A stretch of 64,000 nucleotides of DNA from Alphaproteobacteria bacterium (GCA_964291675.2 OZ219866.1:3072001-3136000), one strand, 5' to 3'. Shown: positions 34,082 to 45,777, counted from the stretch's first letter. The notes: generated from the letters alone by a model not told the origin. Numbers and translations are program-made.

Positions 34082-34653
34082 GCCCGCCCGGCGGTACCCG
34101 ACAGCATGCTGGCGTCGACGCCGAGCTTGCCGATCGCGCGCTCCCAGCGGTCGTCCAGGCCGGTCCCGAAGATCAGGCCGGAATCGGCCGGCACGGAGAG
34201 CCATCCGTTGCGCTGGAGCTCGTCGTCGAGCTGCCCCGGCCCCCAGCCCGCATAGCCGAGCGCCAGCAGGCTGTGCCGCGGTCCCTGTCCCGCGGCGATC
34301 GCCTTCAATATGTCGATCGTCGCGGTCAGCGCGACGGTCTTGTCGATCACCAGCGTCGCGTCCTGGACGTACTCGGCGGAGTGCAGCACGAAGCCGCGCC
34401 CGGTCTCCACCGGGCCGCCGAAATGGACGTTGATGCCCTGCGGCGCCTCCGACCCGGCGAGGTTGAGCTGGTCGAGAAGGTCGGGGAAGCTGATATTGTC
34501 CATCAGCTTGTTGACCACCAGCCCCATCGCGCCCTCGGAGCTATGGGCGCAAAGATAGATCACCGACTTGACGAAGCGCGGGTCCTCCATCTGCGGCATC
34601 GCGACCAGGAGCTGGCCGGTCAGATAGCCTTCGCCGTCGTCCTCGGCACTCAT
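34078..34653 (-). CDS. YqgE/AlgH family protein
   Basis: [29 protein letters not shown]. Confidence 0.92.
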   Translation of the reverse strand: MSAEDDGEGYLTGQLLVAMPQMEDPRFVKSVIYLCAHSSEGAMGLVVNKLMDNISFPDLLDQLNLAGSEAPQGINVHFGGPVETGRGFVLHSAEYVQDATLVIDKTVALTATIDILKAIAAGQGPRHSLLALGYAGWGPGQLDDELQRNGWLSVPADSGLIFGTGLDDRWERAIGKLGVDASMLSGTAGRA

Positions 34654-34832
34654 AGCACGTCCTCCGGACTGGATCGGATGACGGTCCCGGCTTCCGACGG
34701 ACGGTCGGCGGACACGAAACCGATTGAATTTCCACCGCGCATCGCCGACCTATATATCCGTTGCCGGGGCCGCATCGGCCCTCGCTCGAAGTATAGCCCA
34801 GGATCGGCCGGAACCATAACGGTGCAAACGAC

Positions 34833-36971
34833 GTGATCGGTACCAACAAGTCCCGCCTCGGCGTGGCGCTCGGTCTCGCCGCGCTGGCGCTGTCGCCCTT
34901 GCTCGCCGGCGAGTCGCGGGCCGCCGCTTCCCCGTGGTGGACCAACGAACACGGCGCGGTGCGCCTGATCGCGGAGTCGGACGCCGCCGGCGACGCCCGG
35001 ACGCTCGGCCTCGGCATCCATTTCCGCATGAACCCGGGCTGGAAGATCTACTGGCGGTCGCCGGGCGACGCCGGCTTCCCGCCGCACCCCGACTGGACCG
35101 GCTCGCGCAACCTGGAGGCCGCCGCGCTGTCCTGGCCGGCGCCCGAGCGGTTCTCGGTGGTCGGTCTCGAAACCCTGGGCTATCGCGGCGAGGTCGTCCT
35201 GCCGGTCGATGCCGCGATCGCCCGGCCGGGCGAGGCGCTCTCGGTGCGGGCGCGGATTCCCTATCTCGTCTGCGACGACGTCTGCGTCCCCTATACCGCC
35301 GAGCTCGCCCTCGGATTGCCGGCGGGGGAGGCGGCCCCGTCGCGCGAGGCGGCGCTGATCGACCGGTTCAGCGCCCTGGTGCCGCGCACCGGCGCCGACC
35401 GGCCGATCCGCGTCGCCTCCGCCGCCGCGGTCGGCGGGCCGGTAACGCGGGCGCTCGAGGTCAGCCTCGCCGCCGATGCGCCGCTGGCGCGGCCCGACAT
35501 CTATGTCGAGGGGCCGGATGGCTGGGGGTTCGGCGCGCCCGACTACCGGATCGGCGAGGACGGCAAGACCGCCTTCGCCCGGATCGCAGCGCTCGCCCCG
35601 CCCAAGGGCGGCAGCCTGGCGGGCCGCGAAATCCGCTTCACCGTGGTCGACGGCGAGCGCGCCGCCGAGCAGGTTCTGGCGCTGGCCGCCGCGCAGACCG
35701 CTTCGCCCGGCTCCGCCCAGGCCATGGACCTGTCGCTGTGGACGGTGCTCCTGCTGGCGGTGGCGGGCGGGCTGATCCTCAATCTGATGCCCTGCGTGCT
35801 GCCCGTCCTCTCGCTCAAGCTGCTGTCCGCGGTGAGCCATGGCGGCGGCGACCGGGGCGAGGTGCGCGCCGGCTTCGTCGCCTCGGCGGCGGGGATCGTG
35901 GTCTCCTTCCTGGTGCTCGCCAGCTTCGTCGCGGGGTTGCGGCTGGCCGGCGAGACGGTCGGCTGGGGCGTCCAGTTCCAGCAGCCCCTGTTCCTCGCCG
36001 TCATGGCGGTGATCGTCACCCTGTTCTCCGCCAACCTCTTCGGATTGTTCGAGATCCGCCTGCCCGGCGCGGTCGCCGACATGGCCGCCGGGGCGGGCGG
36101 CCGGCGCGTCCAGGGCAGGATGGGGCATTTCCTCACCGGGGTTTTCGCGACCCTGCTGGCCACCCCGTGCTCGGCGCCGTTCCTCGGCACCGCCGTCAGC
36201 TTCGCGCTCATGCGCGGCGCGGCCGAGATCTACGCCGTGTTCCTGTGCCTCGGAATCGGCCTCGCGCTGCCCTATCTCGCGGGCGCCGCGTTTCCCGGCA
36301 TCGCCACGCGGCTGCCGCGCCCCGGGCAATGGATGGTGACGCTCAGGCGCGGCCTGGGGGTCCTGCTGCTGGCGACGGCGCTGTGGCTGGTGACGGTGCT
36401 TGCGGTCCAGCTCGGGGCGTGGCAGGCGGTCGCCGTCGGCGCGGCGCTGGCGGCGCTGCTCGCCGGCCTCGTGCTCGCCCGGCCGGGCGCCGGGACGACG
36501 CGGCGGGCGGGGCGCGGCCTCGCCGGCGCGGCGGCCGCGGCGGCGCTGGCGCTCGCCATCTGGCCCGGCGCGGGGTCCGGCCGCGCCGCGAGCGTCGCCG
36601 CCCACTGGATGCCGTTCGAGCGCCAGGCGATCGCCTCGGCGGTGGAATCGGGCAAGGTGGTGTTCGTCGACGTCACCGCCGACTGGTGCATCACCTGCCA
36701 GGTCAACAAGGCGCTGGTGCTCAACAACCGGGCCGTCAGCGAGCGGCTGACCGGCGATCGCGTGGTGGCGATGGTCGCCGACTGGACCCGGCCGAGCGAC
36801 GAGATCGACGCCTATCTCAAGTCGTTCGGCCGTTTCGGCATTCCGTTCAACGCGGTCTACGGGCCGGCGCGCCCCGGCGGCGAGCCGTTGCCCGAGCTGC
36901 TGACCGAGTCGACGGTGCTGGAGGCGATCGACCGCGCGGCCGGCACCGCGCCGCGGATCGCCGAACGCTGA
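34833..36971 (+). CDS. DsbD/ScsB-family protein-disulfide reductase
   Basis: Signal peptide, GWKIYW, CDDVC, NLMPCVLP, TPCSAP, WCITC thioredoxin domain. Confidence 0.9.
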   Translation: MIGTNKSRLGVALGLAALALSPLLAGESRAAASPWWTNEHGAVRLIAESDAAGDARTLGLGIHFRMNPGWKIYWRSPGDAGFPPHPDWTGSRNLEAAALSWPAPERFSVVGLETLGYRGEVVLPVDAAIARPGEALSVRARIPYLVCDDVCVPYTAELALGLPAGEAAPSREAALIDRFSALVPRTGADRPIRVASAAAVGGPVTRALEVSLAADAPLARPDIYVEGPDGWGFGAPDYRIGEDGKTAFARIAALAPPKGGSLAGREIRFTVVDGERAAEQVLALAAAQTASPGSAQAMDLSLWTVLLLAVAGGLILNLMPCVLPVLSLKLLSAVSHGGGDRGEVRAGFVASAAGIVVSFLVLASFVAGLRLAGETVGWGVQFQQPLFLAVMAVIVTLFSANLFGLFEIRLPGAVADMAAGAGGRRVQGRMGHFLTGVFATLLATPCSAPFLGTAVSFALMRGAAEIYAVFLCLGIGLALPYLAGAAFPGIATRLPRPGQWMVTLRRGLGVLLLATALWLVTVLAVQLGAWQAVAVGAALAALLAGLVLARPGAGTTRRAGRGLAGAAAAAALALAIWPGAGSGRAASVAAHWMPFERQAIASAVESGKVVFVDVTADWCITCQVNKALVLNNRAVSERLTGDRVVAMVADWTRPSDEIDAYLKSFGRFGIPFNAVYGPARPGGEPLPELLTESTVLEAIDRAAGTAPRIAER

Positions 36972-37054
36972 CCGGGCATGCACCCCCGGCCGGGGTGACA
37001 AGCGGCCGCCGATCCCTTATTTCAGCGGGGATTCACACCAGCCAGGGGCATGAC

Positions 37055-37537
37055 ATGACGATTCAGGTCGGCGACAGGATTCCTTCCGCAACCCTGACCG
37101 CGATGGGCTCGGACGGCCCGGGGCCGGTTACCACCGAGGAGCTTTTCTCCGGCAAGAAGGTCGTGCTGTTCGCCGTGCCCGGCGCGTTCACGCCCACCTG
37201 CTCGGCCAAGCACCTGCCCAGCTTCGTGGAGCAGGCGGCGGCGATCAAGGACAAGGGCGTCGACACCATCGCCTGCGTCGCCGTCAACGACGTGTTCGTG
37301 ATGGATGCCTGGGGCAAGAGCCAGGATGTCGGCGACAAGGTGCGGATGCTGGCCGACGGCAGCGCCGACTTCGCCCGCGCGCTCGATGTCGAGCTCGACC
37401 TCGTCGGGCGCGGGCTCGGCGTGCGGTCGCGCCGCTACTCGATGATCGTGGAAGACGGAACCGTCACCAGCCTCAACCTCGAAGAGGGCGGCGGCTACGA
37501 GGTCAGCGACGCCGGCACCATCCTCGGCCAGCTCTGA
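37055..37537 (+). CDS. Peroxiredoxin (Prx5-like)
   Basis: VPGAFTPTCS, VNDVFVM.AW, RSRRYSM. Confidence 0.93.
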   Translation: MTIQVGDRIPSATLTAMGSDGPGPVTTEELFSGKKVVLFAVPGAFTPTCSAKHLPSFVEQAAAIKDKGVDTIACVAVNDVFVMDAWGKSQDVGDKVRMLADGSADFARALDVELDLVGRGLGVRSRRYSMIVEDGTVTSLNLEEGGGYEVSDAGTILGQL

Positions 37538-37542
37538 TCCCT

Positions 37543-37995
37543 TCAGGCCCGGGCATCGGCCTCGCGCTGCTGCGCGAGGCCCTTGCGCGCAAGCGCGTCG
37601 GCGCGCTCGTTGTCCGGGTGGCCGGCATGGCCCTTCACCCAGCGCCAGTCGATCCGGTGCCCGGCGGCCAGCGCGTCCAGCCTCTTCCATAGATCGACGT
37701 TTTTGACCGGCTTCTTCGCCGCCGTCTTCCAGCCATTGGCCTTCCAGCCCCGGATCCAGCGCGTGATCCCGTCCCGCAGATAGACGCTGTCGGTATGGAG
37801 GCGCACCCGCGAGGGGCGCTTCAGCGCCTCGATCGCCTTGATCGCCGCCATCAGCTCCATCCGGTTGTTGGTCGTCGCCGCCGCGCCGCCGCACAGCTCC
37901 TTCTCCGAGGCGCCGTGGCGCAGCACCGCCCCCCAGCCGCCCGGGCCCGGGTTCCCGCTGCACGCGCCGTCGGTGAAGATGTCGACCACGCTCAT
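37543..37995 (-). CDS. rnhA: Ribonuclease HI
   Basis: [34 protein letters not shown]. Confidence 0.97.
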   Translation of the reverse strand: MSVVDIFTDGACSGNPGPGGWGAVLRHGASEKELCGGAAATTNNRMELMAAIKAIEALKRPSRVRLHTDSVYLRDGITRWIRGWKANGWKTAAKKPVKNVDLWKRLDALAAGHRIDWRWVKGHAGHPDNERADALARKGLAQQREADARA

Positions 37996-38957
37996 CCGTC
38001 GAGCCCGTAGGCGCCGGGGCCGGCGGCGCCCCGGTGGAAGCGGAGCTTGTGCAGATATTCGAGCGGGTCCTTGCGGCCCACCAGGACGCCGTCGGGCGGG
38101 AACAGCGCGTCGTGCAGGCGGGTCAGCAGGAACCTCAGCGCCGCGCCGCGCGCGAGGATCGGCAGCGCGGCGATCTCGCCCGGGTCCAGCTCGCGCACCG
38201 CGCGATATCCGTCGATCATCCGCCGCGCCCTGGCGGCGTTGAAGCTGAAATCCGCCTCGAAGCACCAGGCGTTGAGGCACACGGCCAGCTCATAGGCATA
38301 GAAGTCGTTGCAGGCAAAGTAGAAGTCGATCATCCCCGACAACCTGCCGCCGAGGAAGAACACGTTGTCCGGGAACAGATCGGCGTGGATGATGCCGCTC
38401 GCCGCCTCCGCCGGCCAGTGCCGGGCGAGAAAGCCGAGCTCGTCGTCGATCTCCGCGGCGAGGCCGGGGGCGATGTCGCCCGCCGAACCCCGGCAGGTCT
38501 CGAACAGCGGCCCCCAGCCCGACGGGCCCAGCGCGTTGCGCCGCCGCATCGAAAAATCCGCGCCCGCCCGGTGCATCGCCGCCATCGCGCCGCCCAGCGC
38601 GGCGCAGTGCGCGGGCGCGATGTTGCGCACGCACATGCCGTGCAGGAAGGTCACGATCGCCGCCGGCCGGCCGCACAGCTCGCGCAGCGCCTCGCCGTCG
38701 CGCCCGCGAACCGGGGTCGGGCAGGCGATGCCGCGGCCCGCGAGATGGTCCATCAGCCCGAGAAAGAAGGGCAGGTCCTCCGGCGCCACGCGGCGCTCGT
38801 ACAGCGTCAGGATGTACGAGCCCCGCTCGGTCTGGAGCAGGTAGTTGGAGTTCTCGATCCCCTCCGCGATTCCCTTGCAGGCCAGCACGCCGCCGATGTC
38901 GTAGGCGGCCACGAAGGCTTCGAGCGCATCGTCCGGAACGTCGGTATAGACCGCCAT
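37992..38957 (-). CDS. thrB: Homoserine kinase type II
   Basis: [29 protein letters not shown]. Confidence 0.95.
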   Translation of the reverse strand: MAVYTDVPDDALEAFVAAYDIGGVLACKGIAEGIENSNYLLQTERGSYILTLYERRVAPEDLPFFLGLMDHLAGRGIACPTPVRGRDGEALRELCGRPAAIVTFLHGMCVRNIAPAHCAALGGAMAAMHRAGADFSMRRRNALGPSGWGPLFETCRGSAGDIAPGLAAEIDDELGFLARHWPAEAASGIIHADLFPDNVFFLGGRLSGMIDFYFACNDFYAYELAVCLNAWCFEADFSFNAARARRMIDGYRAVRELDPGEIAALPILARGAALRFLLTRLHDALFPPDGVLVGRKDPLEYLHKLRFHRGAAGPGAYGLDG

Positions 38958-38976
38958 GTCGCCGCCGGCGGCCGCC

Positions 38977-39921
38977 TCAGGCCGTGAGCGCTCGCGGCAG
39001 GCTGAACTCGACCGACTCCTCGATCGACGAGACCTCCTCGACCGTCACGTCGAACAGCGTGCGGCAACGATCGATCAGCTCCTCGACCAGGACCTCGGGC
39101 GCCGATGCGCCGGCCGTCACCCCGAGCGCGGCCACGCCGTCCAGCCAGGCGGGGTCCAATTCGCTCGCGCGCTGCACCAGCACCGCCTTGTCGCATCCCG
39201 CGGCGCGCGCCACTTCGACGAGGCGCCGGGAGTTGGACGAGTACGGCGCGCCGATCACCGCGAGCGCGTCGCAGCGCCCGGCGATCGCCTTGACCGCGGC
39301 CTGCCGGTTGGTGGTGGCGTAGCAGATGTCTTCCTTGCGCGGCGGCTCGATCGCCGGGAAGCGCGCCTTGAGCGCCTTCACGATGGCCTCGGTGTCGTCG
39401 ACCGACAGCGTGGTCTGGGTGACGTAGGAGAGCCGCCCGGGATCGTCGACCTCGACGGTACGGGCCTGCTCCACGGTCTCCACCAGAACGATGCTGCCTG
39501 CGGGGAGCTGGCCCATGGTTCCGATCACCTCGGGATGGCCGGCGTGGCCGATCAGGATGACCTGCCGCCCCTCGCGCTCGTGGCGCTGCGCGTCGACATG
39601 CACCTTGGTGACCAGCGGACAGGTCGCGTCGAGATAGAACAGCTCGCGCGAATCGGCCTCGGAGAACACCGCCTTGGCGACGCCATGGGCGCTGAACACC
39701 ACCGGCACGCCGTCGGGCACCTCGTCCAGCTCCTCGACGAAGACCGCGCCCTTCTGCTCCAGCGCCTCGACCACGTAGCGGTTGTGGACGATCTCGTGGC
39801 GCACATAGACCGGCGCGCCGTATTTGCGAAGCGCCAGCTCGACGATGTTGATCGCCCGGTCGACCCCGGCGCAGAAGCCGCGCGGCCCGGCGAGAAGGAT
39901 TTTCAGCGATGGCTTCTGCAT
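38977..39921 (-). CDS. ispH: 4-hydroxy-3-methylbut-2-enyl diphosphate reductase
   Basis: RGFCAGV, IVHN, SAHG, DATCPLV, ICYAT.NRQ, TAGASAP. Confidence 0.97.
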   Translation of the reverse strand: MQKPSLKILLAGPRGFCAGVDRAINIVELALRKYGAPVYVRHEIVHNRYVVEALEQKGAVFVEELDEVPDGVPVVFSAHGVAKAVFSEADSRELFYLDATCPLVTKVHVDAQRHEREGRQVILIGHAGHPEVIGTMGQLPAGSIVLVETVEQARTVEVDDPGRLSYVTQTTLSVDDTEAIVKALKARFPAIEPPRKEDICYATTNRQAAVKAIAGRCDALAVIGAPYSSNSRRLVEVARAAGCDKAVLVQRASELDPAWLDGVAALGVTAGASAPEVLVEELIDRCRTLFDVTVEEVSSIEESVEFSLPRALTA

Positions 39922-40020
39922 GTGCTGCCGACCCCGTTCCAACCGCTCCCTTGAGGATCGCCGGCCGGAACACTAGATTGCCGGGGATACCATAGCGGCA
40001 TTCGGATAGGAAGCTTGGTC

Positions 40021-40260
40021 ATGGCGGAACCGGTCATCGCGCAAAAGGAGCCCTACGGCATCGAGGTCGAGACGGGCACCGAGTACTGGTGGTGCGCCTG
40101 CGGGCGCAGCAGCTCCCAGCCGTTCTGCGACGGCTCGCACAAGGGCACCGGCATGGCGCCCATGCAGTACGAGGCCAAGGCCGACCGGACGGTCTGGTTC
40201 TGCGGCTGCAAGAGCACGTCCAACAAGCCGGTCTGCGACGGTACCCATAACGACCTCTAG
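40021..40260 (+). CDS. CDGSH iron-sulfur protein with two CDGSH motifs
   Basis: WCACG.S..QPFCDGSH and FCGCK....PVCDGTH. Confidence 0.92.
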   Translation: MAEPVIAQKEPYGIEVETGTEYWWCACGRSSSQPFCDGSHKGTGMAPMQYEAKADRTVWFCGCKSTSNKPVCDGTHNDL

Positions 40261-40266
40261 GGTCCG

Positions 40267-40851
40267 ATGGCAGGTCCGAGAGGCGGTCGTTCAGTGCTGT
40301 CCCGCCGCCGGGTCGCAATCCTGCTGGCGGCGTGCGCAACGCCGCTCGCCATCCATGGCTGCGGTGGCGACGCCGGGCGGGCGGAGCGGATCTGCCCGCG
40401 GGTCGAGATCCTCGAACACGCCGACCGGCTGACCGAATTCCGCTCCGGCGCGGGGCGCGACGTGACCGACGTGGTGGTGCGCGGCCGGCTGGTCGATTTC
40501 GCCGGCGAATGCGAGATCGAGGAGGATTCGGTCGAGGTCGATCTGGTCGTCGAGTTCGCGCTCGACCGCGGCCCCGCCAACCGCGCCGGCAAGGCGCGGT
40601 TCGCCCATTTCGTCGCCATCCAGGAGTTCCACCCCGACCCCGCCGGCAAGCGCGTCTTTCCCGTCGAGATCGACTTCGAGGCGGGCCGCGACCGGGCCCT
40701 GTTCCGGGATCGGGTGGCGATTTCGATCCCGCTCGCCGGCGGGCGCAGCGCCAGGGACTACAACGTCTTCATCGGCTTTCAGCTCGACCGCGGCCAGCTC
40801 GACTACAACCGGTCGGGCGGCGCCCGGCGGCCGGTTCGCGGGGGCGGTTGA
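40267..40851 (+). CDS. Putative lipoprotein, hypothetical
   Basis: Basic N-terminus, hydrophobic stretch, HGC lipobox-like; CP.V and IGFQL motifs. Confidence 0.65.
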   Translation: MAGPRGGRSVLSRRRVAILLAACATPLAIHGCGGDAGRAERICPRVEILEHADRLTEFRSGAGRDVTDVVVRGRLVDFAGECEIEEDSVEVDLVVEFALDRGPANRAGKARFAHFVAIQEFHPDPAGKRVFPVEIDFEAGRDRALFRDRVAISIPLAGGRSARDYNVFIGFQLDRGQLDYNRSGGARRPVRGGG

Positions 40852-40920
40852 CGCGGACTCCCCGCCCCATAAGATAGGGCATGTCCGGCCACGGGTCGGA
40901 TGCTGCGCTACACAGACGAC

Positions 40921-41108
40921 CCCCGCGGGAGAGTTCGGTCTCGCACCGGCGCCGAAGGAGCAAGGGCCCCGGAAACTCTCAGGCAAACGGACCGCGGGTT
41001 GATGTGTCTCTGGAAAGCGGGCCGCCGCGCCGTCGGGCGAGCGGTCCCACCGAAGGGGTAAGCGGGACGAAACCGTCCCGTGATTCTCTCAGGTCCACGG
41101 ACAGAGGG
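40921..41108 (+). ncRNA. Tandem glycine riboswitch
   Basis: Two aptamers: GGAGAG..GCCGAAGGAGCAA..ACTCTCAGG..GGACCG and CTGGAAAG..ACCGAAGG..CTCTCAGGT..GACAGAG, upstream of gcvT. Confidence 0.93.
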
Positions 41109-41153
41109 GGCGCGCGGCGCTATACGCGCGCGTGCTTTCTGCCGGAGGACCCG

Positions 41154-42266
41154 ATGAGCGATCCCGAATCCGCTCCCGCCAGGCCGACCCCGCTGACCGG
41201 TCTGCATCGCGCCCTCGGCGCCAGGATGGCGCCGTTCGCCGGCTACGACATGCCGATCCGCTACGCCGGCGGGATCGTCGAAGAACATTTGCACACGCGA
41301 AGCGCGGCGTCGCTGTTCGACGTCTCGCATATGGGCCAGCTCACGATCCGCGGCGCCGGCCGGGCCGGCGCGCTGGAGGCGCTGGTGCCGGGCGACATCG
41401 CCGGGCTCGCCCCGGGGCGGATGCGCTACACGATGCTGACCGACGAGGCGGGCGGCATCCTCGACGACCTGATCGTCACCAATGTCGGGGACTACCTGTT
41501 CGTCGTCGTCAACGCCGCCCGCAAGGACGCCGACATCGCCCATTTGCGCGACGCGCTGCCCGGTGGATGCGTCGTCGAGGCGCTCGACCGGGGGCTGGTG
41601 GCGCTGCAAGGTCCGCAGGCGGCCGCCGTCCTCGCCCGGCTGGCGCCGGGCGCCGAGGCGCTCCCCTTCATGAGCGCCGCGCCCTTCGAGATCGACGGCG
41701 CGAAGCTCGCGGTCACCCGGTCCGGCTATACCGGCGAGGACGGGTTCGAGATCTCCATCCCGGCCGGCGACACCGAACGCATCGCCCGCCTGCTGCTCGA
41801 CCAGAAGGAGGTCGAGCCGGCCGGGCTCGGCGCGCGCGACACGCTACGGCTGGAAGCCGGGCTCTGCCTCTACGGCCAGGATATCGACCGGACCGCCACG
41901 CCGGTCGAGGCCGGGCTCGCCTGGACCGTCTCCAGGCGCAGGCGGGCGGAAGGCGGCTTTCCCGGCGCCCGCGTCATCCTCGACCAGCTCGCCTCGGGTC
42001 CGCCGCGCCGCCGCGTCGGCATCCGGCCCGACGGGCGCGCCCCGGCGCGCGCGCACACGACGATCCGAGAGGCCGGCGGCGAGGCGATCGGCGAGATCAC
42101 CAGCGGCGGCTTCGGGCCGAGCGTCGGCGGCCCGGTGGCGATGGGCTATGTCGACGCCCGGGCGGGCGAAGCGGGAAGGGCGGTCGAGGTCGTGGTGCGC
42201 GGCCGGCCGCTGCCCGCCCGCGTCGCCGCGCTGCCGTTCGTTCCGCACCGCTACTTCAAGGGCTAG
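41154..42266 (+). CDS. gcvT: Glycine cleavage T protein
   Basis: FAGYDMP, LFDVSHMG, RSGYTGEDGFEI, GLGARDTLRLEAG. Confidence 0.97.
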   Translation: MSDPESAPARPTPLTGLHRALGARMAPFAGYDMPIRYAGGIVEEHLHTRSAASLFDVSHMGQLTIRGAGRAGALEALVPGDIAGLAPGRMRYTMLTDEAGGILDDLIVTNVGDYLFVVVNAARKDADIAHLRDALPGGCVVEALDRGLVALQGPQAAAVLARLAPGAEALPFMSAAPFEIDGAKLAVTRSGYTGEDGFEISIPAGDTERIARLLLDQKEVEPAGLGARDTLRLEAGLCLYGQDIDRTATPVEAGLAWTVSRRRRAEGGFPGARVILDQLASGPPRRRVGIRPDGRAPARAHTTIREAGGEAIGEITSGGFGPSVGGPVAMGYVDARAGEAGRAVEVVVRGRPLPARVAALPFVPHRYFKG

Positions 42267-42278
42267 GGGGACAGGGAA

Positions 42279-42653
42279 ATGGCCGACCTCAGATACAGCG
42301 AAGAGCATGAATGGGTCCGCGTCGAAGGCGATATCGCGGTGATCGGGATTTCCGACTACGCGCAGGACCAGCTCGGCGACGTGGTGTTCGTCGAGCTCCC
42401 CGAGCCCGGCCTGGCGGTCGCCCAGGGCGACGAGGCGGCGGTCGTCGAGTCGGTCAAGGCGGCGAGCGAGGTCTATGCGCCGGTGAGCGGCGAGGTGGTC
42501 GAGGTCAACGAGCCGCTGGCCGACGATCCCGGGCTGGTCAACCGCGAGCCGACCGGCGGCGGCTGGTTTCTCAAGGTGAGGATGTCCGATCCGGAGGAGG
42601 TCGACGCCCTGCTCGACGAACCGGCCTACCGGAACTTCGTGTCCACCCTCTGA
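42279..42653 (+). CDS. gcvH: Glycine cleavage H protein
   Basis: [21 protein letters not shown] lipoyl lysine. Confidence 0.97.
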   Translation: MADLRYSEEHEWVRVEGDIAVIGISDYAQDQLGDVVFVELPEPGLAVAQGDEAAVVESVKAASEVYAPVSGEVVEVNEPLADDPGLVNREPTGGGWFLKVRMSDPEEVDALLDEPAYRNFVSTL

Positions 42654-42672
42654 CCCGCGGAAAGGCAGAGCG

Positions 42673-44016
42673 ATGCGCTACCTCCCGCTGACCGAGTCCG
42701 ACCGCCGGGCGATGCTCGCCGCGATCGGCGTAGCTTCCGTCGACAGCCTGTTCCGCGACGTGCCCGAGGCGGCCCGCGACCCGGTCTTCGACCTGCCCGA
42801 CCATGCCGGCGAGATCGAGGTCGAGCGCGCGCTCGGCGCGCTTGCCGCGCAAAACCTCGCCGCCGGCTCGGCGCCGTTCTTTCTCGGCGCCGGCGCCTAT
42901 CGCCACCACGTGCCGGCGAGCGTGGACGCGCTGATCCAGCGCGGCGAGTTCCTCACCTCCTACACCCCCTACCAGCCGGAGATCTCGCAGGGCACGCTGC
43001 AGGCGCTGTTCGAGTTCCAGACCCAGGTCGCGCTGATCGCCGGCCTCGATGTCGCCAACGCGTCGATGTATGACGGCGCCACCGCCTGCCTGGAGGCGGT
43101 CGGCATGGCGCGCCGCGTCACGAGGCGGCGCCGCGTGGTGGTCTCCGGCGCGCTGCATCCGCAATACCGCGAGGTGACCGAGACCGGGCTCAGATTCCTC
43201 GATGCCGAGCTCGACTGCCCGGCGCCCGATTTCGACGGCACCGAGTCGCTGGCCGGCAGGATCGACCAAGACACCGCCTGCGCCGTCGTGCAGTATCCCG
43301 ATTTCTTCGGCCGGGTGCGCGATCTCGCGCCGCTCGCCGAGGCCTGCCACGAGGCGGGCGCGCTGCTGATCGTCGCGGTGACCGAGGCGGTGGCGCTCGG
43401 CGCGCTCAGATCCCCCGGCGAGATGGGGGCCGACATCGTCGCCGCCGAAGGCAAGTCGCTCGGCAACCCGCTCACCTTCGGCGGACCCTATGTCGGGCTG
43501 TTCGCCTGCCGCGACCGCCATGTCCGGCAGATGCCGGGACGGCTGGCCGGCGAGGCGCTGGACGCGGACGGAAGGCGCGGCTGGGTGCTGACGCTCGCCA
43601 CCCGCGAGCAGCATATCCGGCGCGAGAAGTCGACCAGCAACATCTGCACCAATTCGGGGCTCTGCGCGCTCGCCTTCGCCATCCATCTGAGCCTGCTCGG
43701 CGAGGCCGGGTTCGTCCGGCTCGCGCGCCTCAACCACGCCCGCGCCGTGGCGCTCGCCGAGCGGCTCGACGCGGTCCCCGGCGCGGCGGTGGTGAACGAG
43801 AGCTTCTTCAACGAATTCACTCTCCGCCTCGACCGTCCCGCCGCCGGGGTGGTCGACGCGCTCGCCGCGCGCGGCGTGCTCGCGGGCGTGCCGGTGTCCC
43901 GCCTGCTGCCGGGCGAGGCCGGCGCGGCGCCGCTGCTGCTGGTCGCCGCCACCGAGACCGTGTCGGAGGACGACATGGCGGCGCTCGAAGCCGCGCTCCG
44001 GGAGGTCCTGCGATGA
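42673..44016 (+). CDS. gcvPA: Glycine dehydrogenase subunit 1
   Basis: [34 protein letters not shown]. Confidence 0.96.
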   Translation: MRYLPLTESDRRAMLAAIGVASVDSLFRDVPEAARDPVFDLPDHAGEIEVERALGALAAQNLAAGSAPFFLGAGAYRHHVPASVDALIQRGEFLTSYTPYQPEISQGTLQALFEFQTQVALIAGLDVANASMYDGATACLEAVGMARRVTRRRRVVVSGALHPQYREVTETGLRFLDAELDCPAPDFDGTESLAGRIDQDTACAVVQYPDFFGRVRDLAPLAEACHEAGALLIVAVTEAVALGALRSPGEMGADIVAAEGKSLGNPLTFGGPYVGLFACRDRHVRQMPGRLAGEALDADGRRGWVLTLATREQHIRREKSTSNICTNSGLCALAFAIHLSLLGEAGFVRLARLNHARAVALAERLDAVPGAAVVNESFFNEFTLRLDRPAAGVVDALAARGVLAGVPVSRLLPGEAGAAPLLLVAATETVSEDDMAALEAALREVLR

Positions 44017-45524
44017 GCGCCGGGACGGGGGCGGACGGCATCCGCCATCGCGGGCTGCGCTTCGAGGAGCGGCTGATCTTCGAACAGGGCGCGGAGGGGC
44101 GCACCGGCGTCGACCTGCCCGAGCCGCCGGCGCTCGCCGACCGCCTCGGCGGTCTCGCGCGCGCGACGCCGATCGGCCTGCCCGGGCTCTCCGAGCCCCA
44201 GGTGGTGCGCCACTTCACCCGGCTCAGCCAGAAGAACTACGCCATCGACAGCGGCCTCTACCCGCTCGGCTCCTGCACGATGAAGCACAACCCGAGGCTC
44301 AACGAGAAGCTCGCCAGGCTGCCCGGCTTCGCCGACATCCACCCGCTGCAGCCCGAATCCACCGTGCAGGGCGCGCTCGCCCTGATGGACCGGCTGGCCG
44401 GCTGGCTCCGGGCGCTCACCGGGATGCCGGCGATCGCGCTGTCGCCGGCGGCCGGCGCGCATGGCGAGTGGACCGGGCTGATGGTCGTCCGCTCGGCGCA
44501 CGAGGCGGCGGGCGATGCGCGGAAGCGCGTGCTGGTGCCCGATTCCGCGCACGGCACCAACCCCGCAAGCGCCGCGATGTGCGGCTACGAGGTCGCCGCG
44601 GTGCCGCTGAACGCGCGCGGGCGGGTCGATCTCGCCGCGCTCAAAGCCGCGCTCGACGACGATGTCGCGGCCTTCATGCTGACCAACCCCAATACCTGCG
44701 GCCTGTTCGAGGACGAGATCCTGGAGCAGGCCGAGGCGGTGCGCGAAGCCGGCGCCTATTTCTACGCCGACGGCGCCAATTTCAACGCCATCGTCGGCCG
44801 GGTGCGGCCCGGCGATCTCGGCATCGACTGCATGCATCTCAACCTGCACAAGACGTTCTCGACGCCGCATGGCGGCGGCGGCCCGGGCAGCGGCCCGATC
44901 GCCCTCTCCGAGGCGCTCGCGCCCTTCGCCCCGGTGCCCTATGTGGTCGGCGGGCCGGACGGCTTCCGGCTGATCGAGCACGATGCCGGGTCGGCCTTCG
45001 GGCGGGTCAAGGGCTTCCACGGCCAGATGGGCATGTTCGTCCGCGCGCTCGCCTACATCCTGAGCCACGGCATCGACGGGCTGCGCCAGGCCTCCTCGGA
45101 CGCGGTGCTCAACGCCAACTACGTCTCGGCCGGGCTAAGCGACCTGATGAGCCTGCCCTATGACGGCCCCTGCATGCACGAGGTGCTGTTCGACGATTCC
45201 TTCCTCAAGGACACCGGCGTCAGCACGCTCGACCTCGCCAAGGCGATGATCGACGAGGGCTACCACCCGGCGACCATCTACTTCCCGCTGGTGGTGCATG
45301 GCGCGCTGCTGCTGGAGCCCACCGAGACCGAGTCGCGCGAGAGCCTCGACCACCTGATCGCGACGCTGCGGGACATCGTCCGGCGCGCGCTGGCCGGCGA
45401 GGCCGATTCGTTCCACGCCGCGCCGGCGCACGCGCCGCGCCGCCGCTTCGACGAGACCGCCGCCGCGCGCCGCCCGGTGCTGCGCTGGCGCCCCCCGGAA
45501 GCGGAAGATCGGGCCGCCGAATGA
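44013..45524 (+). CDS. gcvPB: Glycine dehydrogenase subunit 2
   Basis: [36 protein letters not shown]. Confidence 0.96.
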   Translation: MSAGTGADGIRHRGLRFEERLIFEQGAEGRTGVDLPEPPALADRLGGLARATPIGLPGLSEPQVVRHFTRLSQKNYAIDSGLYPLGSCTMKHNPRLNEKLARLPGFADIHPLQPESTVQGALALMDRLAGWLRALTGMPAIALSPAAGAHGEWTGLMVVRSAHEAAGDARKRVLVPDSAHGTNPASAAMCGYEVAAVPLNARGRVDLAALKAALDDDVAAFMLTNPNTCGLFEDEILEQAEAVREAGAYFYADGANFNAIVGRVRPGDLGIDCMHLNLHKTFSTPHGGGGPGSGPIALSEALAPFAPVPYVVGGPDGFRLIEHDAGSAFGRVKGFHGQMGMFVRALAYILSHGIDGLRQASSDAVLNANYVSAGLSDLMSLPYDGPCMHEVLFDDSFLKDTGVSTLDLAKAMIDEGYHPATIYFPLVVHGALLLEPTETESRESLDHLIATLRDIVRRALAGEADSFHAAPAHAPRRRFDETAAARRPVLRWRPPEAEDRAAE

Positions 45525-45718
45525 GCGCGGGGGGAGAGACGGTGGAACGCGGCTTCGGGCCGGTCGGCGCCGCGCTGCGCGAGCCCGCGCTCGGCGAGCG
45601 GGCGGGCTAGGCGACAGATCGCCCGACGCGTTCCGGGCCTCCGACGGCCGCCCGGACGCATGCCGGGGGTCGATGCCGTCTCCCCGCGTCACGCCAAAAT
45701 AGTACCGTTTCGGGACAA

Positions 45719-45734
45719 TGTTTCACGTGAAACA
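45719..45734. promoter_or_regulatory. parS site (perfect consensus)
   Basis: TGTTTCACGTGAAACA, exact 16-bp palindrome. Confidence 0.85.
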
Positions 45735-45736
45735 AT

Positions 45737-45753
45737 GGTCAGCATTGCTGACC
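45737..45753. repeat. Perfect 8-1-8 inverted repeat, putative operator
   Basis: GGTCAGCA-T-TGCTGACC, 2 nt after parS. Confidence 0.6.
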
Positions 45754-45777
45754 TATCGTCAAAAGGCAAAATAGCGC

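Noticed and set aside
34723-34757. TTGAA...CCTATAT possible RpoH promoter for dsbD
   Set aside because: Spacer of about 20 nt is longer than expected; not supportable
34833-37537. DsbD/ScsB next to a peroxiredoxin as a periplasmic peroxide-reduction system
   Set aside because: The Prx has no signal peptide and the yqgE-dsbD-prx arrangement looks ordinary
42673-45524. Split glycine dehydrogenase
   Set aside because: Two-subunit GcvPA/PB is a well-known form, not a frameshift
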